From Eledone cirrhosa (Eukaryota), in assembly GCA_964016885.1 (NCBI GenBank), contig OZ024743.1, positions 159,278,001-159,342,000 of the forward strand: a DNA stretch of 64,000 nucleotides, read 5' to 3'. This document shows, in pieces, positions 41,401-54,646 of this stretch (positions within the stretch are counted from its first letter, which is position 1; every line of letters starts with the position of its first letter). Position numbers and translations under genes: made by a program. The notes below the pieces were generated by a model. It did no database searches. It was given only the letters and a program-made list of their open reading frames with translations, and was not told where the DNA came from.

Positions 41401-42093
41401 TGGTTGAAACACCATATTTACAAGGAGGAGGCTAGCCCACTATGCAGGATCTGTGGAGAGAGAGAGAGGAGACTGTGGCTCACATTGTATCCGAGTGTAA
41501 ACACCTATACCAGACCCACTATAAGGGCTGGAGACATGATGTGAGGGGCAGGGTGATCCACTGGCACCTGTGCAAAGTAAACAATGTACCACATTCTGAG
41601 AAATGGTATGAGCATAAGCCAGAGGCGGTGATAGAGAACGACCAGGTGAAGTTGCTGTGGGATTTTAGGAAACACACGGACAAGAAACTGGAACACAATA
41701 GACCTGACATGGTGGTTGTGGACAAAGAAAAAAAGATCGTGCCTGATTGTGGATGTGGCCTGCCCATTCGACACGCGAGTGCAAGAGAAGGAGAGGGAGA
41801 AAATTAACCGATACCAGGACTTAAAATGGGAGGTAAAAAGGATTTGGAACTGCCATGAAGTCAAAGTGATCCCGATTGTCATAGGCGCACTAGGGACTAT
41901 CTCAAAAAGTTTCCAGGGATGGTTAAAGAAAATCGGCCCCTTCACGCTTTTTGGAACGCTTCAAAAGGCATGCTTGCTGGGAACAGCAAGAACCCTCCGA
42001 TACGTCCTGAATATCTGAGGCTGTAGGTAGAGGCTAGATATTCATTCCAACAAACTTTCCAGTTAACTAACATCAATGACTGAGACTCAAGGA
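38490..42093 (+). mobile_element. Near full-length R4/Dong-clade element, family A (ORF 38610-42018 with a stop and frameshifts)
   Basis: N-terminal WTKELN..VMQCY..S.P..RGYRKRM..IW domain. RT motifs [19 protein letters not shown] and FMDELKL. CRIC..H..C knuckle. RLE motifs RHD, RPD, DVACPFD and RYQDL. TAA tail. Confidence 0.95.
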
Positions 42094-42132
42094 GTAATAA
42101 CAATAATAATAATAATAATAATAAGAAGAAGA

Positions 42133-43619
42133 AAAGTGAGAAGGAGTTGGATGTGCTTGTTGACACTGTCCGTATTTTCAGCAGTGGTATATGTATGCAG
42201 TTTGGTATTGGTAAATGTGGAGTCATTGTGATGAAGAGGGGTAGGTTGAGCAGAAGTAACGGGATCCAGATACCAACAGGTGTGATGATAAAGGAAATTG
42301 ACTCTGAGGAAGGATACAAGTATTTGGGCGTTCTGGAGGCTGATGGCATAAAGAACAAAAAAATGAAGGAATTGTTAAGAACTGAATACATTCGGAGAGT
42401 AAGGAGCGTATTGAAGTCACATCTGAACAGCAGAAATGCCATAAGCGCAGTAAATTCCCGAGCTGTGTCTATTATTAGGTACAGTGCGGGAATTCTGAGA
42501 TGGAATGTTGCTGAACAAAAAGAAATGGATAGGAAGACTAGGAAGCTATTGACTATCTACAACATGTTCCACAAGAGGAGTGATGTCGATAGACTCTACC
42601 TAAGGAGATCTGAGGGTGGAAGAGGTCTTATCAGCATAGAGGACTGTGTTCAGATGGAGAAAAACAACCTATACAAATACGTGACCTATAGTAAGGAGCC
42701 AATGCTCAGAACTGTACTGAAGGAGGGGACAGTAGGCCAGGGGATGTCCAAGGAGGAAATAACATCAAGGAGGAAGAGCAGCCTTAAGGGAAAATCCCTT
42801 CATAGTACCTTCTTTGAGAAAACTGAATTTAGAGATCCACAGACATGGAACTGGTTGAGAAGAGGAGACCTCAAAAAGGCTACAGAAGGAATCCTAATGG
42901 CTGCGCAGGAGCAGGCCCTCAAAACGAAGTGGTTGAAGCACCATATCTACAAGGAGGAGGCTAGCCCACTGTGCAGGATCTGTGGAGAGAGAGAGGAGAC
43001 TGTGGCTCACATTGTGTCCGAGTGTAAACACCTAGCCCAGACCCACTATAAGGACTGGAGACACGATGTGATGGGCAGGGTGATCCACTGGCACCTGTGC
43101 AAAGTAAACAATCTACCACATTCTGAGAAATGGTATGAGCATAGGCCAGAGGCGGTGATGGAGAACAGTCAGGTGAAGGTGCTGTGGGATTTTAGGATAC
43201 AGACGGACAAAAAACTGGAACACAATAGACCTGACCTGGTGGTTGTGGACAAAGAAAAAAGATCGTGCCTGATTGTGGATGTGGCCTGCCCGTTCGACAC
43301 GAGAGTGCAAGAGAAGGAGAGGGAGAAAATTAACCGATACCAGGACCTAAAGTGGGAGGTGAAAAGGATTTGGAACTGCCATGAAGTCAAAGTGATCCCG
43401 ATTGTCATAGGCGCACTGGGGACTATCTCCAAAGGTTTCCAGGGATGGTTAAAGAAAATCGGCCCCTTCACGCTTTTTGGAACGCTTCAAAAGGCATGCT
43501 TGCTTGGAACAGCAAGAACCCTCCGATACGTCCTGAATATCTGAGGCTGCAGGTAGTGGCTTGATATTCAATCCAACGGACTTTCCAGTTAACCAACATC
43601 AATGACTGAGATTCAAGGA
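42133..43619 (+). mobile_element. 5'-truncated Dong family A copy with uninterrupted frame
   Basis: Starts after (TAA)n(GAA)n, ends in (TAA)n, and is highly similar to 40625-42093. Confidence 0.95.
42147..43544 (+). CDS. R4/Dong ORF C-terminal half: RT thumb, CCHC knuckle, restriction-like endonuclease (no true start)
   Basis: 465-codon open frame with YKYLG, CRICGEREETVAHIVSEC, RHD, NRPDLVV, DVACPFD and KINRYQDL. Confidence 0.8.
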   Translation: MDVLVDTVRIFSSGICMQFGIGKCGVIVMKRGRLSRSNGIQIPTGVMIKEIDSEEGYKYLGVLEADGIKNKKMKELLRTEYIRRVRSVLKSHLNSRNAISAVNSRAVSIIRYSAGILRWNVAEQKEMDRKTRKLLTIYNMFHKRSDVDRLYLRRSEGGRGLISIEDCVQMEKNNLYKYVTYSKEPMLRTVLKEGTVGQGMSKEEITSRRKSSLKGKSLHSTFFEKTEFRDPQTWNWLRRGDLKKATEGILMAAQEQALKTKWLKHHIYKEEASPLCRICGEREETVAHIVSECKHLAQTHYKDWRHDVMGRVIHWHLCKVNNLPHSEKWYEHRPEAVMENSQVKVLWDFRIQTDKKLEHNRPDLVVVDKEKRSCLIVDVACPFDTRVQEKEREKINRYQDLKWEVKRIWNCHEVKVIPIVIGALGTISKGFQGWLKKIGPFTLFGTLQKACLLGTARTLRYVLNI

Positions 43620-44118
43620 ATAACAATAACAATAATAATAATAATAATAATAATAAGGGAAGAAGACGCACGTGGTGGTAGAATGTCATGAAATCGCTCC
43701 CGTAAGTTTTTGATTTTTAACATATTTAAATCAATTGTGAAATAACAATTCTTAGTACAAATGATGCATAAATCACCGAATCAAGTCTCAAAAATTTGGA
43801 TCCATAATATATTGTTATATCGCTCAAATATTCAATGTTGTATCATGTATTTTATATTCAAAAAAGAAAATGGTTATAAATGTAAGAAAGCCCCCTTTAT
43901 CTACACTATATAGAACAGCCAAATAACAGCAATTTCACCAACACCAGAAACTTGATACACCACCTACCCCATCTCCCCGCTGTGTACACTAAATATAACA
44001 GCCAGATAACGGCAATTTCACCACCACCACCACCAATCCCAGCATCATATTAATAATTACTATTATTATTGTCTCAAGTTTTAACAAAATGTTTAATTCC
44101 AATATTAAGAAAATATGT

Positions 44119-44258
44119 CAACACATATATTAAACATACGCGACACAAACGCATATATACTACATATCAAACAAAACTAGTCTATTCAACACATATATTA
44201 AACATACGCGACACAAATGCATAGACACTACATATCAAACAAAACTAGTCCATTCAAC
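44119..44258. repeat. 68-bp tandem duplication
   Basis: CAACACATATATTAAACATACGCGACACAAA...AAACTAGTC.ATT occurs twice. Confidence 0.9.
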
Positions 44259-44734
44259 AAAACTCAGTAACGACAACGCCACCGCTGCCACCACCACTCC
44301 ATCCATCATTGCTACCACTATCCCATCACCGCCGCCACCACTCCTTCATTGCTACCACTACTAATCCCCTGTTAACTTAAGAAAGGGGAAGGTGGCGGTA
44401 TCACTAGACAAGGGAGAGTCTAGCAAAAGATATAAATAGATTGACTTAGTGACCCGGCCATCCGGCCAAACGTCAACAACTATGGCACTGCTGGCTCCCC
44501 CTTCCTCACGAACAATATAAAAAGCCCCAGCACCACCACCGACATAGTCAACAACAATAACAGGCAACTTCAGCAAAAAGTATATTATATTATTGTAATG
44601 CACTGGGTGATTGCTGGCCTTGTGCCTGGAGTGGAGACAATTATTAATAATTTCATTCTTAAGCCACGCAATGCTCACATTAAGGAATCACTCATGATAA
44701 TAACAATTTTAAAAAAACAACAAAAAAGAAAACC

Positions 44735-47700
44735 CCGTGACCAAGAAATACCGGGATGGCGGCCGGCCGGGAATAGCTGTGTATCTAGGGAAGAACGACC
44801 CCTCTAGTCTTGGTTGACACTCGTTCTAGAAGTGGTAACATGAAATCATTACCCCTTGACGGATAAGGATAAAACGCGACAAAATAAAGTAAATGTCTAA
44901 TGATAAAATCTCATACCGGATCGGCCATCACCCGGGTAAAAAAGGGCCGCGTCCCTCAGAGAGGAACCAGACTGCGGTCGAAAAATCAGCTAATGGTTCA
45001 AACCTTCCCATTACTTCGGAGCTGGAGACCTCCCATAACCGGAATACTCCTACTGTTGGCCCGCCATGCTTACCACCAAGAAATCCAAAGAAAAAGAGAG
45101 AAAAATGGTCAAGGGAAGATAATAAAGAAGTCCTTGAGGCTTTCTACACTGCCCCGTACTACCCATCAAATACATCGAATACAGAACAGACATATATCAA
45201 CTGGAAAAAAGAAACATCCCGAAAACAGAGGCTATATTGACAGCAACAAACTAGCCAATATACGAAGAAATATTGTAAAAAAAAGTTACTAACTGACATA
45301 GAAATTGATCAGATCAAGCTATTAGCACAAAGTCAGCGAAGGGAAAATGAAACATGTGTCAGTGAAAACGAGGTAAATTGTAACACTTCGAATCCCAGGG
45401 TTGGGGCGGAATCACTGGCAACAGAACAAATTAAAGAAAGGATCGAAAAAGTGGAGGGAGTGCATGCTCAAGATGAAACTCCAAATGAAAATAATGAGAT
45501 CGTAATTGATAAAGAAATGAATGAGAATGAACTTGCCAACTTGAAGGATGAAATTATGATCGAATGGATGAAAATGAAAGAATCTGACATGGGGCAACAA
45601 GACACCCTCCCTAAGATCAAGAACTCCAAACAGAACCAAAAGATAATACTCAAGACTAACATAATTCTCAAAAACATTATCATCACAAACAAACTAAACA
45701 TTTCTGATTTAAATCATCTCTATTATGCATCGGCTAAAGTCACCACTCACTTATGTGGAGTGAAGATGAAAAAACAAAGGAATTCCCATAAGAAATCTAC
45801 TTGGCAAGAGAACATCAATCGCCAAATAAAACTTCTCCGATCTGACATAGAAATTTTAACAAACTATAAAGTAGGTGAACATGTTAAACAAACTATACTT
45901 AGAAAATTGAAAAGAAAGTACAGTATAAAATCAACAAGTGACATATACATGCTGATAGAAATAATCAAGCAAAAAGTGTCGACCAAAGCTGCTCGTATAA
46001 GGCGCTTTGAAAAACGATCTAGATTCTATAAGGACAATAATATGTTCAAAAACAACCAAAGAAACTTCTACAGAAAAATTGGTAAGTCAACAATAACTGC
46101 TAAATCAATACCACCCAAGGAGGAAGTGCAAGAATTCTGGGAAAAGATCTGGGCCGAAGAAAAAGTTCATAACATACATGCCCCATGGATAGACAGACAA
46201 ATGAAAGATACAGCTCACCCTGAGGAACAAATATGGGAAAATATAACAGTTGAACAATTGCGCTTGGCTCTAAGAAAAACCAGCAAATGGAAATCCCCAG
46301 GAAAAGACCAAAATACAAAATGTTTGGATAAATGCCTTCACATAGTCTCATGAGCTGTTAGCCCAACTTTACAATGAAATAGTTAGGAGCCAGAAAAGAT
46401 ACCATCATGGTTAGTTAACGGCATTACATTCCTGCTTCCGAAGAATGATGAGACAAACAATCCCCAAAATTACAGACCGATAACTTGCTTGACCACAATG
46501 TATAAAATTTTAACATCAGTCCTAACTGAATACACATATGACCACCTGATAACAAATGACCTATTTCCCATTGAGCAGAAAGGGTGTAAACGAGGCTCAT
46601 ATGACTGTAAGGATCAGCTTTTTGTTAACAAAATGATACTGGAAGATTGTCATAATAGACACAAAAATCTATCGATTGCTTGGATAGATTATAAAAAAGC
46701 ATTCGATAGTTTGCCACACAGTTGGATTGAAAAATGTTTAGAGATTTTCAAAATTTCCCCGTTGTCAGGAGGTTTTTGTCATTCAGTATGAAGACATGGA
46801 AAACGACACTCTTTTTGAATAGTGAAACAAAATCACTGGAAGCTGGAGAAGCTAATATTAATTGTGGAATTTTTCAGGGTGACTCTTTATCACCGCTTTT
46901 ATTCTGCATCGCACTTATACCATTAAGTAAAATGCTCAATGAAACAAAACATGGATATAAAGTCTATGACAAAACCATTAATCACTTGTTCTACATGGAT
47001 GACCTGAAACTATTTGCAAAAAATGATGAACAATTGCAAGGGCTATTATCCACTGTGGAGCAGTTCAGTGATGACAATAAAATGGAGTTTGGACTAGATA
47101 AATGCGCCAAAGCAACGTTCACAAGAGGAAAGCTGCTGAAGAGTTCAGACATTAATCTTGATCGGGGGAACGCGATAAGAGAACTTGATCAAGAAAAAAC
47201 TTACAAATATCTAGGTGTTTGTGAAGGAGACGGAATCAAGCACTCGACAATGAGGGAAAGGATAAGGAAGAAATGTTACCGCAGAGTAAGAGCAATCTTA
47301 AGAACGGAATTGAATGCAAGGAATAGGATCGATGCCATAAACACGCTTGCCATACCAGTAGTAACCTACAGTTACAATGTCATCAACTGGTCAAGCACAG
47401 AGATCCGTAGGCTCGATACAAAAATTCGAAAATTCTTAACCATGCACAGAATGCATCACCCTAAGGCAGATATAGATAGAATATATCTCCCTAGGAAAGA
47501 AGGAGGACGTGGGTTAATCCAGTTAGACATTGCGTTGAAAACTGCAACAATTGGATTATCTACATATCTAAGGGAATCACATGATTGGATGATCAAACTC
47601 GTTTTGAAACACGAAAGCATCAAAAGATCAAATTCCATTACAAAAGATGCACAAAGATACAGTAATGGACTACAAATTTCAGAAGTCCCATTTACTGCTC

Positions 47701-48668
47701 AAATGGAAAACACAGAAAAAGCAAAGCAGGTAAAAGTAACTGCAAAGAAAGAACTGCTACAGAAACTGGCTAAGAAATGGCAAGAAAAACCTCTGTATGG
47801 AAAATACCCAGAGCGAACTAACAATCCTGATGTTGACAAAACTTTAACCTATCAGTGGTTGGCATCCTCTGGACTGAAATCGGAGACTGAAGGACTGATT
47901 ATATCAGCACAAGATCAGTGTCTGCCAACAAAACATTACCAAGCCAACATAATATAAAATGGATGCAGCCCATTATGCCGTGCATGCAAAAAACAACCAG
48001 AGACCATTGACCATATAATTTCAATGTGCAGTCCTATAGCTCCAACCGAAAACCTAAACAGGCATGACATGGCTGCACAGTACATACATTGGATAATGTG
48101 TAAGCATTTTGACCTGCCCCATCAAAAGAATTGGTTTGAGCATCAACCACCTCCCATACTTGAAAAAGATCACATCTCAATCCAAACAGACAGAAAAATA
48201 GATGCAAATAGACCTGATATAATATTGAAGGACTTTAAAAAGAGGGTATGCCTGCTAATTGATATGTCCGTTCCAATAGACAAGAATGTATCTATAAAAA
48301 CATTTGAAAAATTGAGCAAGTATAAGGACCAGGAGATAGAAATTGGAAAAATGTGGAAATTGAGAACTAAAACAATACCTGTGGTTGTAGGCGCTCTGGG
48401 AATGATACCTAAGGGGTCTAATGATTACTTATCGCAAATCCCAGGAAACCCGCGTATAGGAGAAATACAAAAGATAGTACTAATGGGAACTGCCCATATA
48501 CTAAGGAAGATTCTGTCAATATAAGTACATCACAAGTCTAAACACTAAAGATGCATGTGTGAGTATGTATGTTCTTTCTTGAACATGGCGGACCTTGTTG
48601 TCTATTGAGGTCACTGGTTGTGATTTGGTGATAACTCGTATGAACATAAAGCAAGATAAATGCAACTG
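44735..48668 (+). mobile_element. Near full-length R4/Dong-clade element, family B (ORF 44893-48524, frameshifted)
   Basis: KWSREDNKEVLEAFY N-terminal motif, [51 protein letters not shown] and KYKD. TAA tail. Confidence 0.95.
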
Positions 48669-48689
48669 TAATAATAATAATAATAATAA

Positions 48690-49685
48690 GTCCCATTTAC
48701 TGCTGAAATGGAAAACACAGAAAAAACAAAGCAGGTAAAAGTAACTGCAAAGAAAGAACTGCTACAAATACTGGCTAAGAAATGGCAAGAAAAGCCTCTG
48801 TATGGAAAATACCCAGAAAAAGCTAACAATCCTGATGTTGACAAAACTTTAACCTATCAGTGGTTGGCATCCTCTGGACTGAAATCGGAGACTGAAGGAC
48901 TGATTATATCAGCACAAGATCAGTGTCTGCCACCAAATAATTACCAAGCCAACATAATAAAAAATGGATGCAACCCATTGTGCCGTGTATGTAAAAAACA
49001 ACCAGAGACCATTGATCATATAATTTCAATGTGCAGTCCTATAGCTCCAACCGAATACCTAAACAGGCATGACAGATCTGCACAATACATACATTGAATA
49101 ATGTGTAAGCATTTTGACCTGCCCCATCAAAAGAATTGGTGGGAGCATCAACCACCTCCCATACTTGAAAAAGATCACATCTTATTCTTGTGGAACTTTA
49201 GCATCCAAACACAGAAAAATAGATGCAAATAGACCTGATATAATACTGAAGTACTTTAAAAAGAGGGTATTCCTGCTAATTGATATGTCCGTTCCAATAG
49301 ACAAGAATGTATCTATAAAAACATTTAAAAAATTGAGCAAGTATAAGGACCTGCAGATAGAAATTGGAAAAATGTGGAAATTGAGAACTAAAACAATACC
49401 TGTGGTTGTAGACGCTCTAGGAATTATACCTTAGGTGTCTAATGATTACTTATCGCAAATTCCAGGAAACCTGCGTATAGGAGAAATACAAAATATAGTA
49501 ATAATGGGAACTGCCCATATACTAAGGAAGATTCTGTCAATATAAGTACATCACAAGTCTAAACACCTAAAGATGCATGTGTGTGTATGTATGTTCTTTC
49601 TTGAACATGTCGGACCTTGTTGTCTCTTGAGGTCACTGGTTGTCACTTGATGATAACTCGTATGAACATAAAGCAAGATAAATGA
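48690..49685 (+). mobile_element. 5'-truncated Dong family B copy in tandem
   Basis: Matches 47684-48663 and begins right after (TAA)n. Confidence 0.93.
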
Positions 49686-49714
49686 AAAAGAAATGATGAC
49701 AAGGGACACGTCCA

Positions 49715-50040
49715 TCAGTGAGGAACCAGATTGGGTTCGGAAAATCAGCTAATGGTTCAAACCTTCCTCTCAATTCGGTGCTGGAGACCTCTCATAATTG
49801 GAATACTCCAACAGTCACCCTCCATGCTCACCCCCAATAAATACAAAGGAAAAGAGAGAAAGATGATTAAGTGAAGACAATAAAGATGTCCTTGGGGCTT
49901 TCTACACTGCCATGTACTGCCCATGAAATAGTTCGAATACAGATCAAACATATCAACTGGAAACAGAAACATCCTGAAAACAGAGATTAAATTGACAGTA
50001 ACAAACTAGCTAATATACGAAGAAACATCGTTAAAAAGAA
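49715..50040 (+). mobile_element. 5' fragment of a further family B copy
   Basis: Homologous to 44960-45285 and interrupted by the Tx1-like element. Confidence 0.8.
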
Positions 50041-50041
50041 T

Positions 50042-51770
50042 TTGCAAACAACTTCCCCAAAATTGAGGAGACTCTAGGGTCACTCGTGTAGAAATCCCAC
50101 AAAGCCACAGTCACCCTGTTCGCTAGGGCAAAGTGCCCCACCCTGTCATTTTACACCAATATACAGGCGTATGCTCAATGCAGGCGGATTCACACGGATT
50201 ATGTTTGCCATTCTCACCCATCTTTCAGCAGACTGCTTGGAAGGCAGCACTTCCTTCCCCACTCTGAATTTCCTCTTTAAGTGAAATCTGAAAAAGTTAA
50301 TCAGGGCTTTGATAAAGAGGAAGATGTCTGTATTCAACCCTTTCAAACACGTCCATCACATGACCTCTCTCGCCGTGGTCACCAGACAGATAAATACTGC
50401 CTGTCCTTCTCCTCTAAAGGCGGACGGTGGGTCGATCTTCACAATCAACACAGTTGATAGTCGGGTCTGACCTACACGTGACAGTAGGTGCTCGACATAA
50501 ACCCCCGGGTCAGCAATACTCGGACACTCGATGTATTGGTGAAGAACGGTTTCGTTGTCCTGCATGCATGTCGGACAAGCCCGATTGACGGCATTTCCAT
50601 CCCTGTAGAGTTTATCTCCAACTGACAAAGATCATCGATAGCACTGCCAGGCCAGGGATTTCTGGAAGTTGTCCATGGGCCCTGGACCCAAATTTCTCCC
50701 GATGAGATTGACTAGTTGATTTTCATCGATGCCCAAAGTCTCCCCAAGGACGTCGTCGCTATTTCCATCATCTAACCCTCTATAGAAAGGCAAGGTGGAG
50801 TTTCCACCGATCGCAGCACCTGACTGGCCGAGGGATGTGGGCGCCTGAAGACATTCCAGTCTCCAAACGCTTCCTATAGGTCTTCGCTTGACTCCAGACT
50901 GCATCTCTGTCAAGGAGACGAGCTGGAGAAAAACGTGTCACACTTGTTCTTGTCTGCATATCATTAGCCATGGCATGCCCAGCCCTCCACCTACAGGGTG
51001 TTGACAGCAGATGGACTTCCTGACAATTGGAGCGCGTTCCTTCCGCATAAATTGAAAGAGAAGACGCTTCAGCGCAGTTAGGCAAGGCTTAGGACAAGGC
51101 ACAACGGTCAGGTGGTAGTAGATGACGGACGCGATGTACTTGTTCGCTACCTCCACCCGGCTTTTCAAGGATAGTTTCCTCTTGGCCCATTTCTGGGTGA
51201 GAGAAGCCATCGTGAATATTACCTCGTCCCAGTTTTTTTCAATCTGGAGGTCCGGTCCAAATGAGACTCCGAGTAATTTAACCAGTTCGTCAAGCGCCCG
51301 ACAACATCATTGGACGGCATGGACCTGTCTCTCCGGGTACCAAGCTGCAGGCCCACCGACTTTTCGTGGTAGAATTTTGCTCCTGTTACCGCTTTGAACT
51401 CCATGAGAGTGGTGACGATCATCTCAAAGTGTTTAATGCTCGACACCACTATGGTGACTTTATCGGCATATGCTGACACGGATCTCCAACAGCATAGATG
51501 CCCCTCAACGTCTCCAATTTGTGTAGTAATGGGTCAAGTGTCAATACATACAGAAGAGAGTAACAGCATTGGTAGACCGAGCGTATGATGTTGAATGTTT
51601 CCGAACGGTGACTGTTCACTCTAACCACGGAGCAGTGTCACTGTGCATTGCAGCCATCCAACTCCTGAAAACGGGTCCAAAGCCTGCTTCTTTGAGGACT
51701 GCTGAAAGGTAGCCATGGTCGATCCTATCAAAGGATTTGATTGATCTAAATTTATCAGAGCCTACCTGTT
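50042..51770 (-). mobile_element. Tx1/L1-clade LINE ORF2 3' relic
   Basis: KSFDRIDHGYL..VLKEAGFG, SAYADKVT (YADD-like), KWAKRKLSLKSRVEV..YIAS, GGLGMP and CPTCMQDNETVLHQYIEC. Confidence 0.88.
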
Positions 51771-52094
51771 GCATGTTATTTAGCCATCTTTGTCGTAGAC
51801 ATACAATATTACAGGAGGCAACATAATAGTACCACTGATGATGTTGCAAATATGCAACTAAAGAACTTTCTTAGACTATATATATGTATTTATATCTGTA
51901 TTTTTGACCGTTGGTTAGTCAATGATAAACATTGAGGACCAAATGAATTAACTATGGAGATATAAATAAACTTTACAGAAGCGAAAACCAACCAAACAGT
52001 TAGTGTGTTCTGTTATTATTTCTTGCAATATTATTACAACAATATGACCCTCCCCAAGTATAACAATATATATATATATATATAGAAAAGTGTT

Positions 52095-52137
52095 CAAGAC
52101 CCCGACGGCAGAGCTCAAGCCGTTTCGACGGCTATTT
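52095..52137 (-). mobile_element. Tiny fragment of the 22-24 kb PLE family (3' half of HHR)
   Basis: AAGACCCCGACGGCAGAGCTCAAGCCGTTTCGACGGCTATTTC in (TA)n. Confidence 0.8.
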
Positions 52138-52359
52138 CATATATATATACAAACGGACACAAATATATTGTTCATGTTTCGTTTCCATTTCGGTTGTGCG
52201 GGTGTGAACAAGGAATCCCTTTCTGTTAATATGAACCGAGAGTGGAAGTAAAATCCGATATCATAAAAAAAAACCGATATCAGAAAAAACCCCGATATAA
52301 TTGGAGAATATATAGATTTGAGTGAAGGCATTAGACATTGCGAGAAAGAAATAGGTCGT

Positions 52360-52418
<59 letters not shown>

Positions 52419-52981
52419 GGGCGGGGGATAATATTTTTGAATTCAGCAAACTTGATAATTGTTCATATTATTCAAACTAGAATATTAAATTTATATAACG
52501 TCGATACTTTTGTCGGAAACAATAATCTTATTATGTTCAGATTATTCGTAAGCTTTTTTAATGCATAATTGTCTAATATATCTATAACATTAGTGATACA
52601 AACTGTGTGTATATGCATACACACAGTATTGTGTGTGTGGAGGTGCAGATAAAATTAGAGAAGACAGCAATATGTTGGTAGAAGGAGAGAAAGGTGAAAC
52701 ATATCTACGAACATTACCAAGATATAAGCGAATGATTAATTAAGAAGATATATTCTCACAAAGTGGGTTCAGGTTAGATTCTACAGTGAGAGTGATATTT
52801 CTTCCGTTCTCTCTCTCTCTCTTTCTCTCTCTGTGTGCTTGTGTGTGTGTGTTTGTTTGTTTGCGTTGAGTTTATAATAGGTAGTTCAGGAGATTCGTGG
52901 TTTACTGAGGAGGTTACTAAAATGAACACTCTATGCTGAAGCAGAATGTATATATTGAAAACAAAGTGAGATTTTACATTA

Positions 52982-53031
<50 letters not shown>

Positions 53032-53566
53032 AAAAGTTTGGTAGAAATATCCAAGGGCAAGCTCACTCAGGATGAGTTTAGTATAAATAGTTTCGTTTAG
53101 TTCTAGACCCCAACCTATTCAGCCTGTCATAAGAAAAATAAAATTAAAGATGGCCGCCTATGATTGATTGTGATTTGCTTTTAGAAATATATCATAAGAG
53201 TTTAACGAAAGGTAAGTAAATTAGAAATTAGTTAGAAAATGTTTTTTTTAGTTAGAAGTTAAGATCTGGGGAGGTAACCCTTGAGAGACCGCAGTCAAGA
53301 TTGAATGAAAATAGAAAAAAAAAAAGTTTTTTCTAGCTGACTCAAAGAATCCAATTTCTCCGATATACAAAATAGTCAGTAAATCAAAGTATACTTCTAG
53401 ACCTGTTAGTCAGGTGTAAGCTATTTAATCAAAATATACTTCTTCTCACGTAGATTGATGCTAAGACAATCAAGTCATGTGTAGAGGCAGTGTTTATCTG
53501 CAGCTAGTTGTGAGAGTATATACCATTTTTTCAGAATTACAAGAACAACAAAATTTCGACCCATTC

Positions 53567-53604
53567 ATTTGTGAGGTGGGTGGCATGCCACCCACCTCAC
53601 AAAT
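53567..53604. repeat. 38-bp perfect palindrome without spacer
   Basis: ATTTGTGAGGTGGGTGGCA|TGCCACCCACCTCACAAAT. Confidence 0.95.
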
Positions 53605-54592
53605 CACGTATGGAGCCTTAGGAAAGGTGGCACACCTTTTTCTGTCAAATGGAATATATTAGAAAGATCTACGTCTCGCTCTCCCCATCTATCACTTTTA
53701 TACTCAAATGAGAGCCAACGCGCCGGTCGCACGGTGGTCCCGGCGGACAGAATAGAGAAGGGGTTTCCCCAGAGGATGGTGAGGGAGACACATAAGAAGA
53801 ACCATTCCAGGTCGAGTGGTTCATACACTCAGGTAGCTAACTCTGTGTACCGACGGTGGTGACTAGGAATGTGGTCCTATGGCCAAGAAAACCAGAAGGC
53901 TCCACTGCTACGAGCTCGACCGAAAACCCGTCGGAGAGCGACTGATATTTGGAGAGTTCACCCTCCCCGGCCCGAAACGAAGTAGAACTTCGATTAGTCG
54001 CAGACTGCATCAGGTTGCCGCAGGAGAATGAAGCTAGGTATGTGACGTTCCTCACAGCCTTAAAATTCATAGCGAAAGGCTTTCCAAAAGTTTTTCAAAA
54101 TTATCCCACATATTATTATGTATATCGTTCAGTCGGAGCACCGCTCCGTATGCAAATGAGAATCATCCGAATTCTATAAGAAACGAGCTTAGTTTAGCGT
54201 AGTTTAGCAAAAGCAGGGAGATATATAGTCTTGATAATCTCTATATATAAAACGAAAATGTCAGTCTGTCTGTAAGCAGGCAATGTATTTCACAGTTTCC
54301 ACCTCATTTTGTACAAATTCGATATGGCAACGACGGTCTCTTTTGCTAGTCACTTATAAGTCTGAAACGGTGGCAGCATCGATTACTCCCTCCTGCTTTT
54401 GCTGATGCTGCGTTTGCGATGGTCACCACAACCTTAAAACTCATAAATATTTTTCATAAACATTCTGTATATTATTAAATTTACAATACGTACATTCACA
54501 CACGCACACATACACACACATACCCACAGACACAAACACAGACACACACACGCACGCACACGCACACACACACGCACACGCACACACACACA

Positions 54593-54646
<54 letters not shown>

